Part shown: positions 1-11,247 of the stretch, piece after piece | How positions within the stretch are numbered: the first letter of the stretch is position 1 | Layout of the letters: each line of letters opens with the position of its first letter | Origin: Epithemia pelagica | Lineage: Eukaryota; Protista; Bacillariophyta | Direction: 5' to 3' | Length of the DNA: 64,000 bases | Assembly (NCBI GenBank): GCA_946965045.2 | Contig: OX337238.1 | Span: 2,046,001 to 2,110,000, forward strand | Notes under the pieces: model-generated | Seen by the model: the letters and a program-made list of their open reading frames with translations, nothing else | What the model was told of the DNA's origin: nothing | Database searches by the model: none | Program-made: the position numbers and the translations under genes

Positions 1-687
1 CCACTTAGAACGACGAGAGTTGAAAATGTCGCACTTTCTCCTTGAGGTACGTCATGTCCACCGCTTGTCGCTAGGTAATGGTGTGGTAGGTACAGATCTT
101 GGTCGCCTTCGTGTAGACCATCAATGAACAAGAGAACATTGTTAGACATAACGTGAACCTGGGCATCCGAACGGTTGATCGCCATATGCTTCTGTAGAAC
201 GTCCGCCAGCACATCGTCGACTCCCAAGTTTCCTTGCAATATTCGACTGTAGCGAATCGTAATCTCCTTATTCTCTTTGTCGCTGTTGACCTTCTTCCTC
301 ATAAAAAACACGCTCGTGAACTCTCCAACAGCCCTCGTCTTGCGAATGAAGCAGACAGGCTTCTCCTCGTACAGGGCACGGTACACGGTACAGTGCCACC
401 AAAAATATTAATACGCTTTTTCCAACACCAGGTGAACCGATAACAATCTGACTCATTTCTCGACCACTCTTGGTGAGTTCCTGGAACACTTCACACATTT
501 CTTTTCGAATGTAGATCGAATTTTTGGGGAAAAAATGCTCCTTCATCTTAGTAGGAGGGGCGAGGGGTGAAAAAAAAGTTTCGGTCTCGATACACTCCCC
601 CTCCACTAGGCCTGCTGCACCCAAGCCTATGTCTGCGCAATTAAGCGTTGCTGTTTCATACTGGATTGACGACAACGACGACGACAT
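1..687 (-). pseudogene. Crinkler-like P-loop NTPase gene, frameshifted, running off the window start
   Basis: ORF 268..687 has Walker A (IVIGSPGVGKS). A 7-bp duplication CACGGTA (377-383/384-390) shifts the frame. The restored frame reads ALYEEKPVCFIRK...VLLFIDG (Walker B-like)...HYLATSGG to base 1. Confidence 0.65.
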
Positions 688-1463
688 GCTGGTAAAATCG
701 TGAGACCTCGTTCAAGATTGCCTCTTTGTCTTCTGTTGATGCCTTCGTTTGTTGTTGTTTGTGTTAGCGGAATGGTGAGTCCTGGTTGATCGTGATTCAC
801 AGGGGCGATTGGCCCACTAGTCTCTAGTAGTCTCTGAGTTTCCCTAAATGAATCAATCATAAAGACTACAAGCAAAATTGGACTGGTGAAAAGTGAGACG
901 TCGCAACGAGTCCAGAAAATGGGGCTCAAGGGGTGTATGCGAACAAAAACAACAGGGAGGGACTATTGAGATGCTTGTCCTTAGCCCAATCGCAGCACTG
1001 TCTTTCTTGACGTACCTGGGTAGCATGGAAGCTGAAAAATCATGCCATTGCAAGAATTGCCATGGACACGGCCGCTGTACTGGAGGTTTGTTTGTTTTAT
1101 GAGTGTCGTGCACCAACCACCAACGGCAACCGTCATGCACGCTGGGTCGCTCAAACTGATTTGAAATGTGACAAGGAAATGCCGGCGTGTCCTTTCTGAT
1201 TTTTTATGGAAAATAGGATATGAATCGAGAAAAAAATCTCCATTGGGGGGACAGTTTGCGGACGACGTACATACGACTAATAGTTGGATTAAGGTGGCTG
1301 GTAGCGCAGTGGTTCGATTCCACAACACCTTAATTCTAAACAGAGGTAGTCGCTGTGGATCTTCAGAATTGCAGAAAATCTTGAGCGGTGACATTTGTAT
1401 TTTGGGGTTAGCATGTGTGAGCTAGGGGAAAAGCTTTCTTAGAATGGTTTCAATCCTTCCCCT

Positions 1464-3088
1464 CTACGTATAGTATGAAGGAACCACATTTTTAGCAAGA
1501 GACCATTCCGGAAGAGATGGGCGGACTCCGTCACTCAAAGGTGACTCCGCAAGTGCGTTAGCAAGTCGATGTAACAGAGCCTCGTTCTCTATTGCCTTGT
1601 CCACAGCATCCTGGCCTTCTCCCGCTCCATCGGTCCATGCTAGAGAAGCTGTGCCCGGGGTAGAAGCCCCAGGAAGATGATGTTCTGATTGAAACTGTTC
1701 TTCCAATACTGGAGCAAGTTTAGCGCGCTTGCTACCTCGCAGTTTTGCCTCCCTGGTTTTCAAAGACTTCAGGAGAGATTCAAATTCATTCAAACACTCC
1801 CGCCCATCATAGTACTGGGTTATCAACATGCTGTTGAGGGCCTCAAATTGTACCAAGTACCATTTCTTGTTCCCATCCGTACCCAGCAGAATTGTTGATT
1901 GCCCCCATACACTTTCCCTCGAGAAAGCAGCAAGCTGGAGTAACATTTGGGCCTTATTCATCGGCGTCCTGTCGGTCTTCATCTCGACCAGTGCCATACC
2001 GTATGTGTAGAACGATTCCTGAGACCGCTCACAAAGTGCGAGCATTGATTCCTCCGTAACACATCCGTCAGACTTGCCGTTTGCCACCTTTCGATCGGCC
2101 TTGATAGGTGCTAATTTCTTTCCTTTCACGTCTCTTATGCCTAGCTTCTTGCCGTCCACAGCAAGCGCTTGATCCAACTTACCAAAGAGCCATTTCAGTG
2201 CCAATGGGGTCCCATCATTTTCCGAAAGTTTTCCTGTTCCTCCCGTCAAAAGTGCTTGCTCCCATTCAAAATTTCCTACAACAGATCCGACTCCGACATT
2301 CATGTTGGCGACGGCGTTACGCCAGGAGATCGACAGCCCGGTCAACAGATCGGTTGCAAATTCAGTGTTCGCCTTCGACATGTTTCTGTCATCCGTTTTT
2401 GACTCGATCATCATTTTCTCTATGTTTTCAATTTTCCGTTTCATATCCTCCGAATCATTCGCCTGTTGTTTTTGTTGTTCATTCATTTCCTACACCCAGA
2501 GTGAGAACAAAGGTGAAACTGTAAGATCACGAACACAACAGATAAAACACCACAAGCACAAATTCAAACTCACCTGCTTTTGGGACTCGATCATCATTCC
2601 TTCCATGCGTTCAATTCTCCGTTTCATATCCTCCGAATGATTCGCCTGTTGTTTTTGTTGTTCATTCATTTCCTACACCCAGAGTGAGAACAAAGGTGAA
2701 ACTGTAAGATCACGAACACAACAGATAAAACACCACAAGCACAAATTCAAACTCACCTGCTTTAATGCATCGTGATCAAGCACATGAGAGCTCGGACAGA
2801 ACTCGATTCAGAAGGCAAAATGACTACAGAATCTCGAAATCAAATACAGATACACAAATTCAAACTCACCTCGTTTTTATTTTGCAATGGACCTTGTTCT
2901 CGAAGATGTCGAATATATGCTTGGAGTCTTTTTTGTTCCAATCTACCTTGGACATCCAAGGTCTCACAAGCGAGGTTCATGTCTTCAGGCTTGTCAGGGT
3001 TAAACTCTCGTAGAGGTACCCCCCTGCCTTCATCGCACGCTGCAGCAACTGCTTCCCATTTTGTCTCCTCTTCAGTTGGTGTTTGCAT
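1464..3088 (-). CDS. Multi-exon Crinkler-like protein with coiled-coil linker and C-terminal PD-(D/E)xK restriction-endonuclease-like domain
   Basis: Exon 3088-2870 (ATG, 73 codons, GTGAGT donor), probable 99-nt exon 2672-2574, introns 2756-2673 and 2573-2490 (GT..AG), last exon 2489-1464. Nuclease-like motif GKSDG...LVEMKT...QMLLQL. The acceptor of the first intron is uncertain. Confidence 0.6.
2401..2763. repeat. 183-bp tandem duplication of one exon plus one intron
   Basis: 2401-2580 matches 2584-2763 at offset 183. The introns look identical by eye; the exons are diverged. Confidence 0.95.
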
Positions 3089-3246
3089 CTCTGCAGTGGA
3101 TTTAGTGTCAGGAAGAAAAAAAAAGGTACAATCTGCGATGAAGGTTGAAAAAGACTTCTGGAGGAGGCTACGGCTACGGCGGTGGTGTTATGCAGTGTGG
3201 GGAATCACCTCCTACTATAACTATAGCGGGGATGGCTAAGGGGGTA

Positions 3247-3611
3247 TGTTGTCGGGCGCGCGCAGCATGGGCGGAGCATGATATGGGGGGAGCAATGCAT
3301 GCTCCACGATGCATGCTCCGCGCGCGTCTATATTATCGAGTGGGCGGATGTAGCGTGCACGACCGCGCTCAAAATCCCCGACCATCACGGAAACGCGTAT
3401 GGGTCGCCTTAAGTAGAATAGCAACTTCGGGAAGCAAAGGACACAATAATCATTCCCTTTATCGACTACTTATCATTAAGAGTATCCATTGTATATTTCA
3501 CCTGTTGTTCTGTTGGCCCTACGAGCTCATGTGGGAAAGACACGTCAATTTCCATGCTCTACAACCTCCACCATGAGGATGGAAAGACTCCTTAAGGGCA
3601 AGGCAGCAACA
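3247..3611 (+). mobile_element. Isolated LTR-like relic (365 bp) with PPT upstream and PBS-like TGG downstream
   Basis: Termini TGTTG...CAACA, AAGGGGGTA immediately 5', TGGCCGAC starting 2 nt after the 3' end, CG-rich interior. No target-site duplication found. Confidence 0.45.
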
Positions 3612-3664
3612 TTTGGCCGACTATATGTACTTGTCTACAAAACTAGTGCCTAGTGTCTATTCTA

Positions 3665-3702
3665 CCCCTGTCCTCATATGAGGACAAATCCTCATATGAG
3701 GC
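3665..3702 (+). repeat. Probable piggyBac left terminus with palindromic subterminal repeats
   Basis: CCCC followed by the perfect 18-bp palindrome TGTCCTCATATGAGGACA (3669-3686) and a second CCTCATATGAGG copy (3690-3701), about 200 bp upstream of the transposase ATG. Confidence 0.55.
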
Positions 3703-3897
3703 CACTTTTCAACGTAGCATGTCAAATCATTCATGTACTCCTAAGAGTGGTTTTATTGCAGATTCGTAATCTCCATACTTTAAAACATATCTCATAATAT
3801 TCTCATGCTTTAATAATGATGAGTAGTGAAGATACAGTGTGAAAAGAAAAGACTACCCGCGTTGTGTGCGCATTAGAAAAAAAATTTCCATGTCACA

Positions 3898-4823
3898 ATG
3901 TCGCCTCCAGATCCACGCCGTACACCCAATTCCATTCTTTTGGCCAAGGCCATGCATGTGACATCTCTTGCAGAGTGTTCCAGAAGGTATGGAAGCAATG
4001 CAAAGACGAAAAGGCTGTTTGGGAAGGTGGTTGAAGCTTCCATCCAACGGGGCCCCAATGGAAGGTCCACAACAATGGTGACTGTGAACTTCTATATGGG
4101 AAGTTTGGAGGTGATCAAGCAGAAGACACTCAACCTGAGGAGTGTCATTACTCCCAGTGATGAAGAGCTGCTGGCCTATGCCCGTTTCAGGCATCAGCAT
4201 GAGAGAAATCAACCCCCACAAGCTTCGACGACTACAGAGGGAAATTCCGCGGCCACAACGGCAACCAACACCAATACGGGCCAAGCTGCGGCATCTGAGC
4301 CTCCTGCACCACAGCAGGCCATCCAGGGGACACAGACAGCAACAGGGAACCAGGAGAGTGCAGTGGGAGAGTCAAACAATCCACCAGATTGTGAGTGTCA
4401 AGTCCATGATGTGAAATGGCATAAGGGCACTTCGTCATCTCCATTGAATTGCAATTCGATGGGACGTGTTCCTCCAAGGGATTGGACTTTCAGGACACCT
4501 AGTGGAGAGAGAATTACTCCAGGAAGTGATAGACAGGGCTTGCTTTCCAGATTGGACTACTTCCTGATGACATTCCCTCCGCGGCAGTTTGACTTAATGC
4601 ACAGGCTCACAAATGGACAGCTTGCAAAAATTGAGAGACCTTCAATGACTAAAGGAGAATTACTCAAGTTCTTTGGCGTTACAATATTGATAACCCGCCA
4701 TGAATTCACCTCAAGGGCAAACTTATGGTCAAGTACAGCAACAAGTCAGTACGGAGTGGCACCTGCCTTCGGTAAGACTGGTATGTCAAGAAAGTGTTTT
4801 GATGACATCTTTAGATGTCTCCG
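3898..4823 (+). pseudogene. piggyBac/PGBD-like transposase, N-terminal part, interrupted by Copia insertion
   Basis: LDYFLMTFP..., GELLKFFGVTILITRHEF..RANLWS, GMSRKCFDDIFRCLR are typical PGBD motifs. The frame breaks exactly at CTCCG (4819-4823). Confidence 0.9.
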
Positions 4824-5604
4824 TAGTACAATTCTTTCAAACTCATGGGGGATAATGCTCGGTAGAGCAGACAATCAGGTAGGTCACCAACCGATACAAG
4901 CTTCTCACGGTCAGAGAAGCAAGCAAGTCGTAGTCTATCAAAAGGATAGTCGGGACACAAAAGAAGATGTGATAAATGGTGATATTGTTAGATTGTGAGC
5001 TTTAGGACTACGGTGTGTGTTTTGATGTGCAGGTCTGGCCAGGGTGCATGACTGATATATTCATGGCGCTGACAGGACTGGTCTGGTTGGAGTAGACATG
5101 GATATTGTGTATTGGAAGTATATGCACTTGTATATCATATACCAATGCCAACAGCTCTTGCTTTGTTGTGATATAGGTAGTTTTCTTGGCGCGGTGCTGA
5201 TTGCATTTTTGGAATTGTGGGAATGGAAATATGGTCTCGCGTGATCTCGAATCGTGCTTCGATTACTTAGGCCGTTGAGTTAAGTCGTGGAGATGCGCAC
5301 TCGGATAGTAGTTGCGCGCGCTTGAGAATATTGGGCGCGCACGTGTAGGGCCATAGTTAATTTCCGAGCGGTTGTTGATAACGCGCGCATTGCGAGCATG
5401 CCATGGCCGAAATTAAAGGTCCGCGAGCATGTCGTCATTCTGTTCTCACTTTTCATGAAATGCGAAGGAATATAGGTCGATATAGCACCAGCTAGGGAAC
5501 AAAGGACGGATATGGGCGGCATAGATGGTGCTTCGAAGCCTCGGGACTCGGCTAACCGATGAGATGCCGGATCTAACCAATGGATAACGGTGAGAATCCT
5601 ACTA
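4824..5604 (-). repeat. 3' LTR of the Copia element
   Basis: Direct repeat of 8819-9599 with at least 3 substitutions seen by eye; ends TAGTA...TACTA. Confidence 0.95.
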
Positions 5605-5612
5605 CTCCCCAC
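5605..5612 (-). other. Polypurine tract of the Copia element
   Basis: The minus strand reads GTGGGGAG directly before the 3' LTR. Confidence 0.75.
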
Positions 5613-8336
5613 AACTTGTTGGTTCAGCCTTGTCATCGTTGGATTTGTTGAGTTCTCGTACTTCTCCACTCCAGAATAACAATGGCTTGAGTAGGGGTCA
5701 GATGGTTGCAAATTCCCAATGCTTGCTAAGGATGTCAGCAGGGTTGGTCTCCCCATCCTTCCAATAGGATACAGCATACTTTGCTGCGATGGCTTCTTGT
5801 ACCCGGTAATACGACAGAAGCTTCCATTATGTGTTGTATGCTGGAATGTATCAACGATAACGTCTTCAGATTGCCGATCAAAGAATGGACAGAACTTCTC
5901 CCAGTCATATGCTTCCTGGTAACGACAGTGGACAGAGGCATGAAGGGTAATAGGATCATTACCATTTGCATCAGCATATACAGAGAAGAAGGATGTATTG
6001 TCAGGTCCATGGTCATACGGCAAATCCAAAAGAAGATTGAGATTGCAGACAACACGATCTTTGTACTCCCCATAATTGTCATATGGATAGTTCACCATGC
6101 TACCATCAGTGTTGACTTGTTGCCAAGAAGTAGAAGCAGGGTCATGCGATGGGTCAGAATGTGAATGATCCAAAACACCAGGATCCCATGTATCAGGTGA
6201 TGTGAAGATGATCTGAGGTAACGTCTCCATGTCATCATCACTGGGGATACCTAAGGAGTGAATGTATGCTAGTCTCTCTTTGATGTGCAGAGACAAAGCA
6301 CGGCCATCAAGTGTTGTGATGCATTGTTTTCCATCAACTTTAACGGATCGTTCATCAACAGCATGTCCAAAGTGCTCGAATTGTCCAGGAGCATGGATCG
6401 ATTGTCCTTTTCCGTAGAATGCATATTCATTGAAGATGCCAATAATGGGTCCATCATTGGTTTCAAACTTAGCAGCACATGTGAAAATAGGAATCCCAGC
6501 AAGCTGATGACTGTCGATACCCATAATGGATATACGACAACCAGTCTTAGAAAGGATGCGCATGTCAGAACCAGCAAGTCCTCCATTGGCACCACGGTCA
6601 ACCAATTGGTTTCCAGGGAGAGTAGATTTCCTGGAAGACAGATAGCGCAGTATGTGTCCTTCCTGTTTATGCATATTGGCCTTGAGGCTAACCTTCTTGC
6701 TTGTTTTAGACTTGGCGTTGGATAGAACACTGGTCAAGTCAGATGCTGGATGATTGATGTCAGTCGTCATGGCTTGGTTGATGAATTGTGTAACTGGATC
6801 TTACTCATCTTGCTGCTCGGAAGTCGCACCAAGTGAAGCGTTTTTAGAAACAGCTTCTTGACTGGGGTCAGGATCAGGTTCCGGATCAATGTCAAGGGCA
6901 TGCGTCTGCACTTTCCTTGGCGTTGTTGATGATGGTGCATGAATCATCTTGTTGTACTCAATGATCAACTTGCGATCTTCTTCAGAAAGTTTGAACCATA
7001 GGTCACGCGGCAGACTAACCTTAGATGGAGAGGATGGAGAGTCAGATGTCACGTTAGTGTTCTTGTGAACATGATACTCCATATCATCTTGTGGGGTTAA
7101 GTCAGCATCTGTATCTTGGCCGTATTGTTAATCATGTTGTTTGACATGTCAACGGCGACTATGTGCAGATGACTGGGTTGCTTGATCATGGTCATAAGCT
7201 GCGTCTAGAAGGAGACGGAAGTATGATTGATAGCAAAGGGATTTTGCACCGGATTTTGTGTTCACCACATTGTCCAAGATCTTGACTTGGCGGAGATCAG
7301 GTACCTTTTCTACAGCTTGCATGAGGAAAGTCATCCTGGTATGATCAGGGATGCGATCAGACAATGTCACAAGATTGTCCAGCAAACGTAGCTGCTCTTG
7401 AAAGTGTAGAAGAAATTGACGTGTTGTTCCGCGCCATGTGTCATCAAGACGTAGATTGGAAATGTAGTTGGTTAAACGTAGGACTTCTCGTTTTGCGAGA
7501 TCAGATTCGGTATGCAATGAATGTAACTTCTTCAATACGACACGCGCATCTTCATCGTGTTCATGTTCACGTACGTAGGCTCGACCTTGGTCAGTCTGGA
7601 TAATACGGAAAAGAACGGAGTAAAGAAATACTTGTAGCTCTTGGAATAGTTCTTCAGCATACTCATCATCTTTGGGAGGTGTGTACTCGAAATTCAGAAC
7701 GTTGGATAGGCCTTGTACCTTAGCTGTAGTCTTGAATACACGCCAGAATGAATCGTAGTATCGTTCATCCTTGAATACCTCATATGCAGTTGCGTCGCAC
7801 TTAGTTCCCTTTCTGAACGCCGTTAGGTCTTGTTGAGATTGGGATGCGGCAGTAACTGTGCTGACAGATTTTGCAGATGACGGCGACTTCATTGGCGAGA
7901 CTGGGACTTGGCTAGGTTGTCCATTGGAGAAATTTGTATTGATCCTCCAAATGTTGAACTCTTTCCTCGTTAGGTTCATCCAGTCGCTATTGGATAGCTC
8001 ATCTTGAATTTCATTGGTCTTGTATATGGCCCAATAGGCTAAGAGCTTGATCTGTTGTCTTGTAGGACCTTGCAGATCATGCGTCTTGTTGTTGACCTTG
8101 TATTGGGTTAGTTCGTTCATGGATTCCTCAGTATTGGTTTGCATGTACAAGATAACATGAGTAATGTTCTCAAAACCATGGTATTTCATCCACTTCAATA
8201 AGTAGTCGGCTCTTTCTTTGGTAAAGTATTGGCAGACAGTAAATATGATGTGGTCGAATAAGTCTGTGTTCGAGACATTGTCTTGGTTATCTTCTCCCTT
8301 AGGAGTTGTAGGTGTCTTGGGTGTTTGAGGATCCAT
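5605..8336 (-). pseudogene. Copia gag-pol remnant (gag, aspartic protease, pre-integrase fragment fused to RNase H tail)
   Basis: ORFs 7149..8336, 6801..7082 and 5280..6770 share one frame separated by TGA/TAA/TAA stops. A deletion junction near 5830 joins TFQHTT to WKLLSYYRVQEAIAA...NPADILSKHW in another frame. Confidence 0.9.
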
Positions 8337-8804
8337 GGTAGTACTTGATTGGTTTTATTTAATGTGTGGTGTGATATGAACCCGGATGTGCCACGTATAA
8401 AGTACCCGGATGTGTGCTGTGATGTCCAAAAGGTAACCCGGATATGCGGAACTCGGTTTTGTCACGACTTAAAGATACTTATTCTTGGTCACTTCCAGAC
8501 TCGTTGCGGTGATCGAGTTGAACCGGGGAGTCAGGAACAGTGGTAGCTTGCTCGTCTTGCTCGTAGTCCTCAACAAAGTGGTTCACTGGTCAGGTGAGTA
8601 TTGGGAAGGTAGTTGCACGGAGTCCTGGTGCAGCTTGAGGTCCTGGAATAGGAGAGGGTTGGTGACCCTAGCCTTAGCCAGGCTGGCCCTGTTGTTGGGT
8701 TGGCTAGCTTTGTCCTCTAACTCTTGTTTGTTGGGGTATCTCAATCTGTAATGGGTGTTGATGGGTAAGTAAGGTTCCAAATGCAACTGCAGGGAAATAA
8801 GCAA

Positions 8805-8818
8805 TGAGACTGTTAATC
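8805..8818 (-). other. Putative primer-binding site complementary to a tRNA-Asn(GTT) anticodon arm
   Basis: The plus strand reads TGAGA-CT-GTT-AA-TC abutting the 5' LTR; there is no TGG-type PBS. Confidence 0.6.
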
Positions 8819-9599
8819 TAGTACAATTCTTTCAAACTCATGGGGGATAATGCTCGGTAGAGCAGACAATCAGGTAGGTCACCAACCGATACAAGCTTCT
8901 CACGGTCAGAGAAGCAAGCAAGTCGTAGTCTATCAAAAGGATAGTCGGGACACAAAAGAAGATGTGATAAATGGTGATATTGTTAGATTGTGAGCTTTAG
9001 GACTACGGTGTGTGTTTTGATGTGCAGGTCTGGCCAGGGTGCATGACTGATATATTCATGGCGCTGACAGGACTGGTCTGGTTGGAGTAGACATGGATAT
9101 TGTGTATTGGAAGTATATGCACTTGTATATCATATACCAATGCCAACAGCTCTTGCTTTGTTGTGATATAGGTAGTTTTCTTGGCGCGGTGCTGATTGCA
9201 TTTTTGGAATTGTGGGAATGGAAATATGATCTCTCGTGATCTCGAATCGTGCTTCGATTACTTAGGCCGTTGAGTTAAGTCGTGGAGATGCGCACTCGGA
9301 TAGTAGTTGCGCGCGCTTGAGAATATTGGGCGCGCACGTGTAGGGCCATAGTTAATTTCCGAGCGGTTGTTGATAACGCGCGCATTGCGAGCATGCCATG
9401 GCCGAAATTAAAGGTCCGCGAGCATGTCGTCATTCTGTTCTCACTTTTCATGAAATGCGAAGGAATATAGGTCGATATAGCACCAGCTAGGGAACATAGG
9501 ACGGATATGGGCGGCATAGATGGTGCTTCGAAGCCTCGGGACTCGGCTAACCGATGAGATGCCGGATCTAACCAATGGATAACGGTGAGAATCCTACTA
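8819..9599 (-). repeat. 5' LTR of the Copia element
   Basis: Direct repeat of 4824-5604. Confidence 0.95.
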
Positions 9600-10862
9600 C
9601 TCCGCTTCTCGGAGCAACCAGAATCACGCCCTACCTCAATGAGATCAGAGACATACAGGTGGAAGCTTGTGGATGACTTCATTCAAAACTTAAATCAGCA
9701 TCGTGCTTCGCACTTCCAACCTTGCGAACGCATCTGTGTTGACGAATCAATGATCCGTTGGTATGGTTTGGGTGGCCACTGGATAAACATTGGTCTACCA
9801 CAGTACGTGGCAATTGACAGAAAGCCTGAGAATGGATGCGAGATCCAAAACTCTGCTTGAGGTGGATCTGGGATATTTTGTCGTCTCAAGCTTGTCAAGA
9901 CTGCCGAAGAAGATGAATTGAATCATGAGGAGGACGATGACACAACACTCCTCATGAATCATGGGACAGCTGTCCTCAGAGAATGAGTGGAACCATGGGC
10001 TCATTCACAGCGTGTTGTCTGTGCCGACTCCTACTTTGCTTCTGTGAATACGGCAGAGGAGATGGCAAAGATGGGACTCCGATTTATCGGAGTTGTGAAG
10101 ACTGTAACTCGCAAGTATCCAATGGCGTACCTTTCAAACGTTGAACTACTTTCTCGTGGGGATCGCACTGGTCTCATAAGGAAAGATGCAGATGAACAAG
10201 CCACCATGATGGCTTTTGTGTGGATGGATAGGGAATGGCGCTATTTTGTTGCAAATACATCTTCTCTTGCAGAAGGAGAGCCGTACACACGAACAAGGTG
10301 GCGCCAAATTTCAGATGAGGCAGATGCAGAGCCAGAGCGTGTGGAATTGACAGTGGCACAGCCCCAAGCATGTGAGATCTATTACAAGACACGTGGACTA
10401 ATAGATCAGCATAACAGGTGCCGGCAAGACACTCTCAAAATGGAAATCAAAGTGGAAACGAAGCGATGGTGGGTACGTGTGGGGCTTGGAGTGTTCGCAA
10501 TGTGTGTGGTGGACTCTTGGCTTTTGTATTCTGGGGCAACCATGACAAAGGAAAAGCAACAAGACTATTATGCACTGCTTGCAGAGGAATTAATAGACAA
10601 CACATTCGACAGAAGTGGAGTCCCTTGTTCTGCAAGACGAAGAGGACGAGTGAGTGACGGAACAGATAATGCCGAAAGCCCATCAGATCTCATCAATCCA
10701 CGCAGTGGACAAGCAAGGGCAGGCATTGACATCCATCTGAGCCCAACCAAGAGAAGGAGGAAGGTTGATGGAGTTGCAACAAACCAATGTGCACAAGGAA
10801 GATGTAGAGTATGTCAAAAGAAAACAAAGTATATCTGTTCACAGTGTGAAGACACTAGATAG
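9600..10862 (+). pseudogene. piggyBac/PGBD-like transposase, catalytic and C-terminal part
   Basis: Resumes in frame after the TSD (CLR|FSEQP). DDD triad VDESM / ADSYF / IDQHN, Cys-rich tail CRVC..CSQC, in-frame TGA at 9858-9860 and 9984-9986. Confidence 0.92.
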
Positions 10863-11247
10863 ACTCTGCCGTCGCTTTTGTCCATGATAAATCCATCATC
10901 GGAGGACTTCGACTGTTCGACGCATTGAGTGTGGGGTGTGTGGGCGCGTGATTTTGCTTCCAACCCACGTCAGTCATGAGGATTAGTGATTCGATTCTTG
11001 TGCGCACATGCAGCTCGAATTTACGACACATGTGCGACCCGAATATTCACTCATTGTTGGGTCCTCGCCACCAGCCGCCTTGGTCGAGTGGAGGGCGCGG
11101 CAGCTGGAAGAATAGATTCAACCCTTTTTTAGTATCCACATCCTCGCCCAAATTCCTAGAGGCCACGGGAAAAATGCTATGTCATCGATATGAGCACACA
11201 TATCCCTGGGCTGTCCGCTAGGAGGAGATGATAATCTACTAGGAGTA

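Larger units (their letters stand above)
4824..9599 (-). mobile_element. Ty1/Copia (diatom CoDi-like) LTR retrotransposon, internally deleted and non-autonomous, 4776 bp
   Basis: Two 781-bp LTRs (4824-5604, 8819-9599), 5-bp TSD CTCCG (4819-4823, 9600-9604), gag, protease VDRGANG and RNase H tail NPADILSKHW. RT and integrase core are absent. Confidence 0.95.

Noticed and set aside
1168-1425. QFADD as a reverse-transcriptase motif
   Set aside because: It is an isolated 5-residue match in a short ORF with no other RT motifs.
8801-8818. tRNA-Asn gene
   Set aside because: Only an anticodon arm fragment is present, with no acceptor, D or T arms; treated as a primer-binding site.
9275-9682. 135-aa ORF identical to the tail of ORF 5280..6770
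   Set aside because: It lies wholly in the LTR; the identity only reflects the LTR duplication and there is no protein motif.
10863-11158. Right terminus of the piggyBac element
   Set aside because: No reverse complement of the left-end palindrome block was found; CATGAGGATT near 10975 and AGGGTTTAA near 17665 are too short to call.
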